51,122 bases of DNA from an uncultured Candidatus Saccharibacteria bacterium (GTDB taxonomy: Bacteria > Patescibacteriota > Minisyncoccia > Phycocordibacterales > PALSA-1337): positions 1 through 51,122 of the forward strand of contig CAYGGI010000001.1 in the NCBI GenBank assembly GCA_964349525.1. The letters run 5' to 3'. Position numbers and translations under genes: made by a program. Positions 8,003-15,643 of the stretch are shown here, piece by piece; positions within the stretch are counted from its first letter, which is position 1; every line of letters begins with the position of its first letter. A model generated the notes under the pieces. The model was not told where the DNA came from. It saw nothing but the letters and a program-made list of their open reading frames with translations, and did not search any database.

Positions 8003-8698
8003 ATGAACACTATCGACGCAGGATCGGCCAAATTGGCTGGCTTGCAAATCGACACCCTGACGAAATATCGTGCAGGCAAGATAACCCTTGATCAGTGGGA
8101 ACGGTTTAATGGTCTGAGTTTTGAAGATCGGGAAGAACGTTTCGGTGACTGGAAAAAGCCGGCATTTGCACCGGCCGAACAAACGAAAATTCCGTCCCTG
8201 ATCCTCAAGATCGATCGGACTCGAACCTTCAACTCTGCCGATACCTTTCCTGGTCTCACGATCTGGAAAGGCACGGAGAATAGCTTCGATCCAGAAGGTC
8301 AGGATGACCAGGACTCTCGATCCCTTGCCCTTGTAGAGGTTGACTTCGCCAAGGTGGACTTTACACATCACCTCATAGGCGAAGAAGCCTACATCACTGG
8401 CGAAGTCGCCTTGGTTCGAGCAAAAGAAGGTGGCGAGATCCGGCTCGATCCTGCCATCGGAGAAGCCCTCTGGCTTGACTATAAAGCTAGAGGAAAATCA
8501 TCGGTGTTGCAAGCGATTTTTCAAACTAAGAAGATAACATGGTTTGAGCTTCTCACCCCGCTGCGCGATTCCTACGGCAGCCGGTGTGCGTTGTGCTTCT
8601 GCCGTCGTGGCGGCAGGTGGGACTGGGACTACGGCTGGCTCAGCAGCAACGGCTACGGCCGCGGCGCCGATCGTGTGTCGGCCTCGCTCGCAAGTTAG
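8003..8698 (+). CDS. Hypothetical protein (231 aa), orphan-like; visibly G+C-richer 3' end encoding a Cys/Trp/Gly/Arg-rich tail
   Basis: ORF 7919..8698 trimmed to ATG 8003, which is preceded by AAAGGAAAA. It has its own promoter and terminator. No recognisable motif. Tail: GSRCALCFCRRGGRWDWDYGWLSSNGYGRG. Confidence 0.55.
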   Translation: MNTIDAGSAKLAGLQIDTLTKYRAGKITLDQWERFNGLSFEDREERFGDWKKPAFAPAEQTKIPSLILKIDRTRTFNSADTFPGLTIWKGTENSFDPEGQDDQDSRSLALVEVDFAKVDFTHHLIGEEAYITGEVALVRAKEGGEIRLDPAIGEALWLDYKARGKSSVLQAIFQTKKITWFELLTPLRDSYGSRCALCFCRRGGRWDWDYGWLSSNGYGRGADRVSASLAS

Positions 8699-8750
8699 CT
8701 CTCAAGTCTTGGAATCTGTGCACTCGTGCTCAGACCCTCGACCCTTTGAT

Positions 8751-8785
8751 CTCCCCCGTCTGTTTACAGATTGGGGAGATTTTGT
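8751..8785 (+). terminator. Intrinsic terminator of the 8003 gene
   Basis: CTCCCC (8751-8756) pairs with GGGGAG (8773-8778), followed by ATTTTGT. Confidence 0.6.
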
Positions 8786-8925
8786 ATACTACATTTGGAA
8801 AGTGAAATAAAGAATTTTATACCAAAAAGACAATAGACCAATTTATCGACGTCAGTAAGATGGTGAGAAGTAATCACGAAGTCACAGAGTATCAATTTAC
8901 TGACGTCAATAAAATGATAAAGATA

Positions 8926-8950
8926 GTCGGATCATTTTGTCAGATCCGAC
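8926..8950 (-). terminator. Probable terminator of the NlpC/P60-mraY-ATE_C-like operon
   Basis: 8-bp stem GTCGGATC / GATCCGAC with a 9-nt loop. On the minus strand a T-rich run follows (TATCTTTATCATTTT). Confidence 0.5.
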
Positions 8951-8978
8951 AAATTGACGCAAATAAGCCATAAAATCA

Positions 8979-9611
8979 TCATTTCCCCAAAATATTTTTA
9001 ATCTCCGCTGTATCTTTCTTCCACCCCTTCCCATCACACCACTCCAATCCCTCAAATTGCAACTTGTAGACATCTCCGGGTCTCTGTAGGGAGCCGAGAT
9101 AAAAATATTTAAAGCCGTTTTCTTTTGCCCAGACGAGCGCCTTTATCATCATGCCGAGACCCATGTCTTTTAAACTTTTCTCTAAATCATAAAAAGGATA
9201 GGAGTAATGGAGAATTTTTTTATTCATATAACAAATGGCAAAACCAATACCAGAATAATCAAGCAGAGTATTGAAATTGCTTGTATCACTTGTCAATAAT
9301 TCTTTTATCTTGTTCGCACTGAAGTCGGCATTTCTCGATTCATAAAAATCCTTTGCCAGCTTTCCCATTTCCCATGAATATTTTTCATAAGGTATTTTAT
9401 CCACACTCAACTGCACATTCTCCACCTTCTTCAACACCCTCCTATTCTCACTCGACAATTCGAACTTATTTAAATCAATTCTCACGCTTCTCGTCTGATT
9501 CATCACCCCTTTGCCAATTCTCGTAAAAACAAAACCATTATCATACATCCGAGAAATATTCTCGTCAGAAAAATCCGTAATTTTTTCCTCTTTCCATTTT
9601 AAATATTCCAT
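8979..9611 (-). CDS. Aminoacyl-tRNA--protein transferase-like protein (ATE_C / Bpt-like GNAT fold)
   Basis: HYSYPFYDLEKSLKDMGLGMMIKALVWAKENGFKYFYLGS...YKLQFEGLEW matches the ATE_C/Bpt signature (S-x-Y-x-FYDP...SLG...YxYLGYWI...YK..F.P.E) by eye. RIDLNKFELSSENRRVLKK matches the upstream R-rich segment. Start set at ATG 9611; 9665 is an alternative. Confidence 0.6.
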   Translation of the reverse strand: MEYLKWKEEKITDFSDENISRMYDNGFVFTRIGKGVMNQTRSVRIDLNKFELSSENRRVLKKVENVQLSVDKIPYEKYSWEMGKLAKDFYESRNADFSANKIKELLTSDTSNFNTLLDYSGIGFAICYMNKKILHYSYPFYDLEKSLKDMGLGMMIKALVWAKENGFKYFYLGSLQRPGDVYKLQFEGLEWCDGKGWKKDTAEIKNILGK

Positions 9612-9646
9612 GTAATTTTCAGAGCAATTTATGTAATGAGTACCAA

Positions 9647-10774
9647 CTAGTGCAGTGCTAGCCACACGCCAAAGACGACGAAGATAAAGTGAACAATCCA
9701 GAAGCGCATGATGGTCTTTTCCTCGCTCCAGCCGATAAGCTCAAAGTGGTGATGAAGCGGCGCCATGCGGAATATCCTGCGACCGAGGATATAGCGACCA
9801 GCGACCTGGATGACGACGGTTGCGGCTTCGATATAGAAAAGAAAGCCGAGGAAAAATATCGAGCCGATTTCTCCGATAGCCAGAGTGTTGACGGCAAAGA
9901 GTGCGCCGAGCCCGAGCGACCCGACGTCACCCATCATGAAGCGTGCCGGTTTGATATTGAAATAGGTGTAGGCGACGAGAGCGCCGACGGCGGTGGCGTT
10001 CAGTACCGCGATCTCGCTGAAGCCATTGATCCAGCTCAAAAGGGTGAGGGCACTGAATGTGCTGATGAGCATCCCTCCGGCGAGGCCATCCATCCCATCG
10101 GCAATATTGACAGCGTTAGCCGTGAACATCACAATAAAAATAATGATGGGAATGATACCCCAGCCGGCAGGAATATCGTAGCCGAAAGGTAGATAAATGT
10201 AGTGCCATGCAGGACCAAGCTTGCTATAGACCCACCAGGCTGTGATGGATCCGGCAATGAATTGGAGCAAAAGTTTTTCGTGCACATGAACACCTTTTCC
10301 CGGACGCGAGCCGATCCACACTGATGTTCTTTTGAAAATTGTCCACGGCAATGTGATGGCGTACCAGATGCGCATCTTTGTATCTTTGTGGACTTTTATA
10401 AGTTTCAAAATATGCGAAAGTTTACGAGAACGCCGCTCTGCGCCGAAAATATTGAGGAGATCGTCGACTCCTCCGAGAGCTGCCGAGAGGAGCATAACGG
10501 CGAGCGGTACCCAAGTGAAGTTTCTGTACCAGTTGAAGATGAGAGTAATAACTGCGACGGTGACAATGACGAGAAGTCCGCCCATGATCGGCGTCAGATC
10601 TTTGCCTTTGCGCGACTCGATGGCAGCGAGTTCGACTTTTGCTGATTTTACAATATGGAAGCGATTGAGAAGATATATAAGGAAAGGGGACCAGAGGAAA
10701 GCCACAATGCAGGAGAATAGAGCAAAACCAAGGATATATCCGAAATCGGCTGTTCCCTCCAGGATGCTTATCAT
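9647..10774 (-). CDS. mraY: Phospho-N-acetylmuramoyl-pentapeptide transferase
   Basis: NAVNIADGMDGLAGG and MAPLHHHFELIGW motifs, with about 10 hydrophobic helices. Confidence 0.95.
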   Translation of the reverse strand: MISILEGTADFGYILGFALFSCIVAFLWSPFLIYLLNRFHIVKSAKVELAAIESRKGKDLTPIMGGLLVIVTVAVITLIFNWYRNFTWVPLAVMLLSAALGGVDDLLNIFGAERRSRKLSHILKLIKVHKDTKMRIWYAITLPWTIFKRTSVWIGSRPGKGVHVHEKLLLQFIAGSITAWWVYSKLGPAWHYIYLPFGYDIPAGWGIIPIIIFIVMFTANAVNIADGMDGLAGGMLISTFSALTLLSWINGFSEIAVLNATAVGALVAYTYFNIKPARFMMGDVGSLGLGALFAVNTLAIGEIGSIFFLGFLFYIEAATVVIQVAGRYILGRRIFRMAPLHHHFELIGWSEEKTIMRFWIVHFIFVVFGVWLALH

Positions 10775-10783
10775 GCCCCTACA

Positions 10784-11518
10784 TTACCACAAAAAGAGCG
10801 GTCTGCGAAGGGTAGCCACGGATTTCTGCGCGCGTGTAAACGTGTAGTTTTCCGGGCCAGTTTTTCCGACTTCAAGCCATGATTGTTCGGAAAGAGGTCG
10901 TGTTATATCCGTAATCTGGATAATTCCTTGTCGGACGCCATGCTCATATTCGCCATCAGTGGGCCAAGCGACTGCGTGGGTGTAGTGCAGGGTTCCAGGA
11001 AGAGAGTCTTGATAGTCTACTTGATGGATCAGAAGTATATGATCTCGTTCGTCGTTAATCATTGTTATGATATCTCCCGGTTGAACATCTTTTAAATAAA
11101 TTTCCTCGCTATTTTTCTCATGGGCAAAACATTTGACACTGGCGTTTTCTGCCGGACGAAACTTCGCGCGAAGTTTTCCGATGAAACCAGTTGCGAGAGG
11201 AAAGAAAAGACTTTTCGGGTTTAAGATATGATAGACAAGTCCTGAACAGTCAATGCCGATATTTCCGTCCACCATGAATTTCTTGAGACTAGTGGAATCG
11301 AGTGCGTTTGAGTTTACTTTTTCTTTAGCGGCAACATTTTCTACTTCATCCAGAATATCCTGAGGACTGCCCTTGCCGATCTGCGCGCGGAGCTTCGCCC
11401 GCGCGCGACCCCGACGGTTGTTGTAGTAGGGAACAGCGCAGGTGGCAGAGCCTACGGAGAAACTAAGGTACTTGCTGATGATGGCGAGGTTTTTGTCAGA
11501 AATAGCCTTTGAATTCAT
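10784..11518 (-). CDS. NlpC/P60-family (C40) cysteine peptidase-like cell-wall hydrolase
   Basis: Catalytic-Cys motif IDCSGLVYHIL and downstream GDIITM...DHILLIH. The stop lies 9 nt upstream of the mraY start. Confidence 0.65.
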   Translation of the reverse strand: MNSKAISDKNLAIISKYLSFSVGSATCAVPYYNNRRGRARAKLRAQIGKGSPQDILDEVENVAAKEKVNSNALDSTSLKKFMVDGNIGIDCSGLVYHILNPKSLFFPLATGFIGKLRAKFRPAENASVKCFAHEKNSEEIYLKDVQPGDIITMINDERDHILLIHQVDYQDSLPGTLHYTHAVAWPTDGEYEHGVRQGIIQITDITRPLSEQSWLEVGKTGPENYTFTRAQKSVATLRRPLFLW

Positions 11519-11525
11519 GGTATTT

Positions 11526-11534
11526 AGGATATCA
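11526..11534 (-). promoter_or_regulatory. Extended -10 box TGATATCCT (minus strand), 7 nt upstream of NlpC/P60 ATG 11518
   Basis: Reverse complement of AGGATATCA. Same motif class as the other gene-proximal boxes. Confidence 0.4.
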
Positions 11535-11555
11535 CGATTTCGACCTTTTCTTTGC

Positions 11556-11583
11556 TTGACAAAAAAACTAGGTATGCTATGCT
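11556..11583 (+). promoter_or_regulatory. Sigma-70-like promoter driving the non-coding island
   Basis: TTGACA (11556-11561), 16-nt spacer, TATGCT (11578-11583). No credible ORF lies downstream. Confidence 0.55.
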
Positions 11584-11589
11584 ACTCAT

Positions 11590-11927
11590 CGGTTAGTTGT
11601 TTGAGTCTCGTGCGACGCACAGGCGATGTCGGTAATCAGAGCGGTGTGGGAGCTCCTTTGTCTCCCTGCTTGTCTCCAGAACCGACCCGGCGGAATAGCG
11701 TCCGCACGTGTCAAAAAAGAAAATAGAAGGGTGTTCGCGACCCTATCATTTTCACCTCACACTGTGTCGGTGTGTTGGGGAGATTTTAAGACTGTAGTGC
11801 TTCGGGGTAATCTTGATCGATAGTCCCCGATGACGGTCTGAAAGTGCGGAAGGAGTCTTTTCCTTCAAGATCACGCACATTGCGTTCATGGCGCCGCCGT
11901 TCATTCGGGGGCGCCTTTCCATTTTCC
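11590..11927 (+). ncRNA. Candidate structured non-coding RNA (about 340 nt), class unresolved
   Basis: A G+C-rich island in an AT-rich context with no protein-like ORF on either strand. Nested helices are visible: 11609-11618/11698-11708, 11628-11632/11682-11686, GGGAG/CTCCC 11648-11666, AGGGT/ACCCT 11727-11745, CACAC/GTGTG 11758-11775, TTGGGGA/TCCCCGA 11775-11829 and GTGCG/CGCAC 11844-11877. It ends in a GGCGCC...GGCGCC hairpin (11890-11915) followed by TTTCCATTTTCC. Confidence 0.5.
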
Positions 11928-11946
11928 TAAATATAGAGAAAATTAA

Positions 11947-11973
11947 AAAAGTGACGAAAAATTCGTCACTTTT
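11947..11973. terminator. Copy 2 of the palindromic terminator element (bidirectional; overlaps the stop codon of the ATP-grasp gene)
   Basis: AAAAGTGACGAAAAATTCGTCACTTTT is identical over 27 nt to 102-128. It is flanked by an A-run and a T-run, so it can terminate both strands. Confidence 0.75.
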
Positions 11974-13072
11974 CTGCACCACAGTTTTCCTCTATCTCCT
12001 TTCCCCTCTTATTAAATTTCCCATGAGTCTCCATGATTCCTCTTTCGCTTTGAATACGAAGCAAATCGCTATTTAATTTTGTGTTTTTATAGGAAATTAT
12101 TTTGTAACCGACATTCTCGAGTCCCTGCCCGTCAATCGTCTTGATCTTTTTCGTCATCCTCTGAATAATTTGCGCTCCATCATTTATCTCTACGAGAGGC
12201 GCTGTATTAGGCGTATCTGTCAGTGCAGCGAGATGAGCTTCGAAAGTCGTGATCCCAGGAACACCTTTTCCCCGCGCCTTCGTTTGGAGCTGGGATTCGT
12301 ATGTAGTAGAAGCCGGCTGACGAGCATTTATTTCTATCAAAAAGAGCTTGTCTCTGTGCTCGTCATATATAACATCGATGCCGAAGAGCCCTTTCCAGCC
12401 ATCATCTTGCATTTTTTTACCAATGAGATTAGCAATTTCCGCAAATCTCGCGAGTTGAGCCTCAGTCAAAATGCTGTGAGGCAGACTCCAATCATTTCCT
12501 ATGGTACTAAAAGGATTATCGGTAAAAGGTGGAAGTCCCGTGATTTGGTAGCTCATATTTCCTATGAGAATCCTATCTTTCGCGACCACGATGTTTGCTG
12601 TAAACATGGGACCTTGGATATATTCGGTCACACGCGCTTCGCGATCAGGAAATTTAATTTGAATATCTTTAAGCTCGCCCTCTTTCGTAATTAGAAATGT
12701 TCCATCACCAGTGTGACTATGCGCCCACTGGAGGACGAGAGGAATATTTTTAAAGGTTATATCTTTTGTCTTTGCGATGGAGTGAGGAGGCAAAAGGGAA
12801 GCCAACTCGCCAAGCCATGCGACTTGTGTGATCTTGTTCTCAATCTTTTCCGCGAGTCCCGCGCTGGGGTTTAAAAGTTTCCAACCTTTTTCTTTCGCCA
12901 CTTCCTCTGTCTGAATCGTATTTTTAAAAACGAGAATGCGCGCCCCTCTTTCAATTGAGGAATTTTTAAGTATTTCTAGTGTGTCCTCACCGGTTCCAGA
13001 GACGATAGAGTAGCCCTTGTTTTCTGGCATTCCTTCCGCTCGTTCACGGTCTTTCGTTACATAGATTATCAT
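11966..13072 (-). CDS. ATP-grasp fold ligase, substrate unknown
   Basis: C-terminal ATP-grasp signature GLFGIDVIYDEHRDKLFLIEINARQPAS. It lacks the Ddl HG..GEDG motif. Start set at ATG 13072, which has TGATAGTAT 10 nt upstream; 13099, 13084 and 13030 are alternatives. Confidence 0.7.
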   Translation of the reverse strand: MIIYVTKDRERAEGMPENKGYSIVSGTGEDTLEILKNSSIERGARILVFKNTIQTEEVAKEKGWKLLNPSAGLAEKIENKITQVAWLGELASLLPPHSIAKTKDITFKNIPLVLQWAHSHTGDGTFLITKEGELKDIQIKFPDREARVTEYIQGPMFTANIVVAKDRILIGNMSYQITGLPPFTDNPFSTIGNDWSLPHSILTEAQLARFAEIANLIGKKMQDDGWKGLFGIDVIYDEHRDKLFLIEINARQPASTTYESQLQTKARGKGVPGITTFEAHLAALTDTPNTAPLVEINDGAQIIQRMTKKIKTIDGQGLENVGYKIISYKNTKLNSDLLRIQSERGIMETHGKFNKRGKEIEENCGAEK

Positions 13073-13092
13073 GATAAGGTACATACTATCAT

Positions 13093-13773
13093 ATGCCATA
13101 TTTTTATGTAATTTCCACCCCGATCGGCAATCTCGAAGACATAACCCTTCGCGCCCTTCGTGTGCTCAAGGAAGTCGACCTCGTCCTCTGCGAGGACACG
13201 CGTGTCACGGGAAAGATCTTTTCCCATCACGGAATATCGACGCCAAAGATGAGCTACCATGCGCAGAGCGGTGAAGCAAAAGTAGAAATCATTCTTGATG
13301 AAATTTCACAAGGAAAAAATATTGCTCTCGTGACCGATGCGGGAACTCCCGGCATTTCTGATCCGGGCTCACTCCTCATTTCACAGGTTCGTGCGCAATA
13401 TCCCGATCTCCAGATCATTTCGATTCCCGGAGCTTCGGCTCTTACTGCCGCACTCGCGATCGCCGGTGTGCCGACCCACGAATTTATTTTCCTCGGCTTC
13501 ATGCCGCACAAGAAGGGAAGGGAAACTTTGTTCAAAGAAATTGCTACATCAGAAAGAACGATGGTTTTCTATGAATCCACGCATCGTATCATTAAAACTC
13601 TCGAGTCCCTCGCCGAACATTTGAAAGAAAAAAATAAGAAAGTCACTCTCGTTCGCGAAATTACAAAAATTTATGAAGAAGTCATCCAGGGGACTGCCGA
13701 AGAGGTTCTCGCAACCCTCATATCCATACCTGAAAAGCAAAAAGGAGAATTTGTTGTGATAGTTTCGGAGTAG
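13093..13773 (+). CDS. rsmI: 16S rRNA (cytidine1402-2'-O)-methyltransferase
   Basis: YVISTPIGNLEDITLRALRVLKEVDLVLCEDTR and TDAGTPGISDPG motifs of the tetrapyrrole-methylase-fold RsmI family. Confidence 0.9.
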   Translation: MPYFYVISTPIGNLEDITLRALRVLKEVDLVLCEDTRVTGKIFSHHGISTPKMSYHAQSGEAKVEIILDEISQGKNIALVTDAGTPGISDPGSLLISQVRAQYPDLQIISIPGASALTAALAIAGVPTHEFIFLGFMPHKKGRETLFKEIATSERTMVFYESTHRIIKTLESLAEHLKEKNKKVTLVREITKIYEEVIQGTAEEVLATLISIPEKQKGEFVVIVSE

Positions 13774-13777
13774 GGTG

Positions 13778-13786
13778 TGATATACT
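13778..13786 (+). promoter_or_regulatory. Extended -10 box TGATATACT upstream of the 13817 operon
   Basis: Exact repeat of the radC box; 30 nt before ATG 13817. Confidence 0.4.
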
Positions 13787-13816
13787 GTTGACATAAAATT
13801 TTAATAAATAATTTTT

Positions 13817-14017
13817 ATGTCAAAACGACAACTACTGTGCCTGCTCGGTATCTGGATTATGATATTTCTGTTTCTCGGATTTCCTTCGTCGTGGCATAGG
13901 ATCATTGCCGTAGTCTCCGGACTGCTCGTTATTGTGAATGCATACTCTTTCCCTCCACCGTCCTCGGTATCGACTTCGGTGCCCCGAGAAACTTTTACAG
14001 AAAATAAACAGCCGTAG
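13817..14017 (+). CDS. Small membrane protein (66 aa, two hydrophobic helices)
   Basis: LLCLLGIWIMIFLFLGF and IIAVVSGLLVIVNAY. The stop lies 2 nt before the next ATG. Confidence 0.55.
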   Translation: MSKRQLLCLLGIWIMIFLFLGFPSSWHRIIAVVSGLLVIVNAYSFPPPSSVSTSVPRETFTENKQP

Positions 14018-14019
14018 TT

Positions 14020-15219
14020 ATGAAGAAGTGGGATATACGGAGAATGTTGGGGTGGGCATCGGTAGGAATCTGCGCGGTAATTCTCGTAGACTATTTCCGC
14101 GCCCCTTTTCTACCGAGCATTTCACCTGAGGTTCTTTCTATCATTTCTCTTGATAATAGCTTGACCTACACCACCTCTACCCAGGCAGCCGTTATTCTGA
14201 CAACCCCGCCTTTCGAGGTAACCCACATACGAACACCCGAACCTCTCAAGGCTCTCTATATGACGAGCTGGGTCGGAGGAAATGAAAAGCTCCGCTCGAA
14301 TCTCATTAACCTCATTGATACTACAGAACTCAATGCTGTTGTGATTGATATAAAGGACTATAGCGGAAGAATCTCTTTTGAAGTTGAGGATCCGAAGTTG
14401 CGCGCATTCAATTCTTCGGAAAAAAGAATACCTGATATAAAAGAATTTATTGGTCGACTTCATGACAAGGGGATCTATGTCATCGGTCGCATCTCAGTTT
14501 TCCAGGATTCTTTTCTTGTCAAAACTCATCCTGAATATGCCGTCAAGACTCGCACGGGAGAAGTTTGGAAGGATTATAAAGGTGTGAGCTGGCTCGACGC
14601 TAGCGCCCGACCTGTCTGGGATTACATTGCCCTCATCGGCAACGAAGCATACTCGGTCGGCTTCGACGAGCTCAATTTCGACTATATCCGCTTTCCTTCA
14701 GACGGCAATATGGAGGATATCGCCTATCCTTTTAGCGAAGGTAACATAAAATCAGAAGCCCTGACAGAATTTTTCGCCTTTCTCGACACGAAATTCCGGA
14801 CAAAAAATGTGCCCATTTCCGCCGATCTTTTTGGCATGACAACCTCGAACAGTGACGATCTCGGTATCGGTCAGCTCCTCGAGCCAGCTCTCAAACATTT
14901 TGACTTTGTCGCGCCGATGGTCTATCCATCCCACTATCCTCCGAACTTTAACGGCTATGCCAAGCCGGCCGCAAAACCCTATGAAGTAGTTTATTATGCA
15001 ATGAAGAAAGGTGTTGACCGTGCCCTGCTCGCGAGCACGACTCCTCTCAAATTACGCCCATGGCTCCAGGACTTTAGCATCGGTAGTACGGCGTACACTC
15101 CCGAAATGGTTCGTGAACAAATCCGCGCAACGTACGATACCGGCTTGACGAGCTGGATGATGTGGAATGCCTCGAACAGGTATACAGCGAGTGCACTTGA
15201 CGCTCAAGTTATACAGTAG
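14020..15219 (+). CDS. Membrane-anchored putative glycoside hydrolase (DUF4015-like TIM-barrel family)
   Basis: N-terminal anchor WASVGICAVILV, then ELNAVVIDIKDYSGRISF, WLDASARPVWDY and NFDYIRFPSDG, which are typical of that family from memory. Confidence 0.65.
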   Translation: MKKWDIRRMLGWASVGICAVILVDYFRAPFLPSISPEVLSIISLDNSLTYTTSTQAAVILTTPPFEVTHIRTPEPLKALYMTSWVGGNEKLRSNLINLIDTTELNAVVIDIKDYSGRISFEVEDPKLRAFNSSEKRIPDIKEFIGRLHDKGIYVIGRISVFQDSFLVKTHPEYAVKTRTGEVWKDYKGVSWLDASARPVWDYIALIGNEAYSVGFDELNFDYIRFPSDGNMEDIAYPFSEGNIKSEALTEFFAFLDTKFRTKNVPISADLFGMTTSNSDDLGIGQLLEPALKHFDFVAPMVYPSHYPPNFNGYAKPAAKPYEVVYYAMKKGVDRALLASTTPLKLRPWLQDFSIGSTAYTPEMVREQIRATYDTGLTSWMMWNASNRYTASALDAQVIQ

Positions 15220-15264
15220 TATCATATTTATCCGGACGGCAATGCACACCTGTACGGGTGAAGA

Positions 15265-15543
15265 ATGCGTTGTCAAGAACAAACAACTCAGAAAAACAAC
15301 TCAGTTATGATTAGGGGAACAGAAGGAACGGGAGTCGGGACGGTCAAAACAAAGGCACCAGTTGATCCTAAAAGGATAGTGGCGGAGAGGGTACTCAACA
15401 TGGCGCCTAGGTACGGTTCGCATTCGGTGAGCATAGTCATGCCACAGGCGGTTGTGCTCAAACCTGGGGCAACGAGGCAATTCATTGTATCTATATTGAA
15501 CCGGACAAACGCGGTCGATGCGCTGGTGGCCAAGATGGCCTAG
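15265..15543 (+). CDS. Hypothetical small protein (92 aa; alternative start 15307)
   Basis: An isolated, G+C-richer ORF followed by a strong terminator. No recognisable motif; an RNA function cannot be excluded. Confidence 0.4.
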   Translation: MRCQEQTTQKNNSVMIRGTEGTGVGTVKTKAPVDPKRIVAERVLNMAPRYGSHSVSIVMPQAVVLKPGATRQFIVSILNRTNAVDALVAKMA

Positions 15544-15577
15544 GTCAGTCAGGTAAGAAAGGGGAAAGTTTCGAACT

Positions 15578-15612
15578 CCCCGGGCGCGCAATGCGACCCG
15601 GGGATTTCTGTT
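15578..15612 (+). terminator. Intrinsic terminator
   Basis: CCCCGGG (15578-15584) pairs with CCCGGGG (15597-15603), followed by ATTTCTGTT. Confidence 0.75.
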
Positions 15613-15623
15613 GCATTTTATTG

Positions 15624-15629
15624 TATAAT
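15624..15629 (+). promoter_or_regulatory. -10 box TATAAT for the 15644-28567 operon
   Basis: Consensus hexamer preceded by TG, 15 nt before ATG 15644 and immediately after a terminator. Confidence 0.5.
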
Positions 15630-15643
15630 AGTAGGTAAATGTT

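Noticed and set aside
8771-8783. 13-nt identity TTGGGGAGATTTT shared between 8771-8783 and 11775-11787
   Set aside because: A 13-mer match is within chance expectation for all-against-all comparison in 51 kb. The flanks do not extend the match.
8860-8973. 37-aa ORF (MVRSNHEVTEYQFTDVNKMIKIVGSFCQIRQIDANKP) in the convergent intergenic region
   Set aside because: It has no RBS or promoter and spans a terminator hairpin. It is more simply explained as a by-product of the repeated GACGTCA boxes. It is mentioned under that finding only.
11590-11927. Assignment of the non-coding island to RNase P RNA, tmRNA, SRP RNA or a ydaO c-di-AMP riboswitch
   Set aside because: I looked on both strands for the diagnostic motifs. 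For RNase P these are GGAAAGUCC and ACAGAA..GGCUUA. For tmRNA they are a GGGG 5' end, GGUUCGA T-loop, CCA and an Ala-rich tag ORF. For SRP the motif is GGAA-closed helix 8 with AGCA. For ydaO they are ACGG.GGAACC, GGGGU.AAUC and AGCUAAC. I found only partial, out-of-order resemblances (GAAAGTGCGG, CAGAACCGACCCGGC, GAGGTGAAAA). The class is left open pending covariance-model search.
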